Shown here piece by piece: positions 45,892 to 47,396 of a DNA stretch of 47,396 bases. The stretch lies in the NCBI GenBank assembly GCA_040512455.1, contig JBEVFC010000288.1, positions 1-47,396 on the forward strand. Direction: 5' to 3'. The notes below the pieces were generated by a model. The model ran no database searches. It saw only the letters and a list, made by a program, of their open reading frames with translations, and was not told the DNA's origin. A program made the translations under genes and the position numbers. Origin of the DNA: Nocardioides sp. (lineage in GTDB: Bacteria > Actinomycetota > Actinomycetes > Propionibacteriales > Nocardioidaceae). Positions within the stretch are counted from its first letter, which is position 1. Every line of letters starts with the position of its first letter.

Positions 45892-46164
45892 ATGACGAAG
45901 TTCAGGCACCTCTCCCTGGCCGCCGTGGTCACGCTCGCCGGGACGGCGCTGGTGCTGGGTGGCGCCGGTGCCGCACAGGCACAGGCCAAGGAGTTCAAGA
46001 ACTGCACCGCGATGCACAAGGTGTACAAGCACGGTGTCGGCAAGCCCAAGGCGCACGACAAGACGAGCGGCACTCCGGTGACGAACTTCAAGCACAGCCT
46101 GGCTCTCTACAAGGCGAACAAGAAGAGCGACCGGGACGGCGACGGGATCGCCTGCGAGGCGTGA
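45892..46164 (+). CDS. secreted excalibur calcium-binding domain protein
   Basis: Signal peptide AQAQA, FKNC, C-terminal DRDGDGIACE. Confidence 0.9.
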   Translation: MTKFRHLSLAAVVTLAGTALVLGGAGAAQAQAKEFKNCTAMHKVYKHGVGKPKAHDKTSGTPVTNFKHSLALYKANKKSDRDGDGIACEA

Positions 46165-47039
46165 GGCGCAGGCGCGAGGCAGCTCGCTTCCGCCGGGCGG
46201 GCCTGACGGCGGCGCTTGCCGGCGCGGTGACGGCGCTGGTGTGGGCGGGCCCGGTCGGTCCGGTCTCGGCGGCGGGCAGTGCTCCCGCCGCCGACCCCAG
46301 CCCCCGGGTGGTCAGCAAGCACCTGCGGGCGGCGGTGAGGCAGCTGCCGGTCAAGGCCGAGACACCCGGCGGCTACGACCGAGACAAGTACCGGCACTGG
46401 ATCGACGCGAACGGCGACTGCCAGGACACCCGCGACGAGGTGCTCGCCGCCGAGTCGACGACAGCGGTCAGCGGTTGTGACATCCGCTCCGGGACGTGGC
46501 GCTCCTACTACGACCGGAAGACCTGGACGAGGTCCTCGGACGTCGACGTCGACCATCTGGTGCCGTTGAAGGAGAGCTGGGACTCGGGCGCGAAGAGGTG
46601 GGACGCGGCCACGCGCACCCGGTACGCCAACGACCTCGGGGACCGCCGGACCCTGGTCGCGGTGACCGACAACGTCAACCAGTCGAAGTCCGATCGTGAC
46701 CCCGCAGAGTGGATGCCGACCTACGGGAAGTGCCGGTACGTCCGGCAGTGGACCGCGGTCAAGATGCGCTGGAGCCTGGGCGTGAACCGCGCCGAGAGGA
46801 AGAAGCTCGTCAAGCTCGCCTCCGGGTGCCCCAACGTGGTCCTGAAGGTCACCAAGGCCAGGATCGGCACGTCCGCATCGTCAGGCACGACCGCCATCGG
46901 TGGTGGCGGCACGCTCGATCCCCGCTTCGACTACTGCTACCAGGCCAAGGAAGCCGGGTACGGGCCGTACTACGAGGGCACCGACCCTGAGTACGCCTGG
47001 TACACCGACGGCGACAGCGACGGAGTCGTCTGCGAGTAG
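46161..47039 (+). CDS. secreted HNH nuclease (DUF1524/GmrSD C-terminal-like) with C-terminal excalibur domain
   Basis: Arg-rich signal, YDRDKYRHW, CQDTRDEVL, DVDHLVPL, NQSKSD.DPAEW, DGDSDGVVCE. Confidence 0.88.
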   Translation: MRRRREAARFRRAGLTAALAGAVTALVWAGPVGPVSAAGSAPAADPSPRVVSKHLRAAVRQLPVKAETPGGYDRDKYRHWIDANGDCQDTRDEVLAAESTTAVSGCDIRSGTWRSYYDRKTWTRSSDVDVDHLVPLKESWDSGAKRWDAATRTRYANDLGDRRTLVAVTDNVNQSKSDRDPAEWMPTYGKCRYVRQWTAVKMRWSLGVNRAERKKLVKLASGCPNVVLKVTKARIGTSASSGTTAIGGGGTLDPRFDYCYQAKEAGYGPYYEGTDPEYAWYTDGDSDGVVCE

Positions 47040-47057
47040 TCGCAGTTCATCGGACAC

Positions 47058-47086
47058 CTGAGGCGATCCGTGGTGGATCGCCTCAG
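47058..47086. terminator. probable bidirectional terminator hairpin
   Basis: CTGAGGCGATCC-gtggt-GGATCGCCTCAG, 12-bp perfect stem between convergent genes. Confidence 0.7.
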
Positions 47087-47128
47087 CTCATTTCGGATTC
47101 TCGTCAGCACTCCGCCCGCGACTCCGCG

Positions 47129-47396
47129 TCAGGTGCGCCGGTGCTTGCCAGGAGAGTCGGGGCCGGTGGGAGCCTGGCTCGTGATCCGGCGGATCAGCGC
47201 CGCGACATCGGTCCCCAGCTGGCCGACGTCCATGCCCAGGCGATCGGCGATCTCACTGTTGGTCAGCCCGTCGAGGACGTAGGTGAGCAGCTGCTGCTCG
47301 TGGTCGTTCAACGGAGGAATGGGCTTCTGCGCTCTCAGTCTTTCGATCACGGGCTCGGCCTGCGCCGGGTCGACCATCGACCGGCCGCCGCTCAGC
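47129..47396 (-). CDS. NarL/DevR-like response regulator, C-terminal part (5' end outside the window)
   Basis: LSGGRSMVDP...LNDHEQQLL...GLTNSEIADRLG. The frame is open to the window edge. Confidence 0.75.
   Translation of the reverse strand, partial: LSGGRSMVDPAQAEPVIERLRAQKPIPPLNDHEQQLLTYVLDGLTNSEIADRLGMDVGQLGTDVAALIRRITSQAPTGPDSPGKHRRT

Noticed and set aside
46161-47039. GmrSD restriction or anti-phage system
   Set aside because: The protein has a signal peptide and excalibur domain and no DUF262 partner, which fits a secreted nuclease better.

Overview
High-GC actinobacterial chromosomal window (Nocardioides-like by gene content; taxon is inferred). I found no rRNA, tRNA, CRISPR array or IS element. 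Gene order: 5'-truncated glnE, fatty-acid desaturase, ICL/PEP-mutase protein, a membrane protein ending in RRGPP followed by a PepSY-TM gene, two GAF-ANTAR proteins, a PLD, an AraC/VOC pair, cardiolipin synthase, a membrane-protein cluster (GAP, 2x SulP, DUF1269, DUF7144) around two MalT-like ATP-binding LuxR regulators, an atypical NarL-type regulator, DUF2218, a thioesterase, a conservon (cvnABCD) followed by an orphan amino-acid-binding lipoprotein, DUF2254 plus a cation:proton antiporter, a benzoate/catechol cluster (catCAB-LysR / benAB-benC:FCD:benD fusion-bfd-benK-LuxR), two excalibur-domain secreted proteins (one an HNH nuclease) and a truncated response regulator. Main observations: (1) a 17-bp TCACC-N7-GG(T/G)GA operator recurs in front of 8 transcription units, in 7 of them 22-23 bp upstream of a -10-like hexamer, suggesting an uncharacterised regulon; (2) an RGPP arrest-like motif lies directly before an anti-SD that can sequester the PepSY-TM ribosome-binding site; (3) the conservon is coupled to a solute-binding protein; (4) BenC, an FCD domain and BenD are fused, and the adjacent bfd gene ends in a duplicated benD 3' end.
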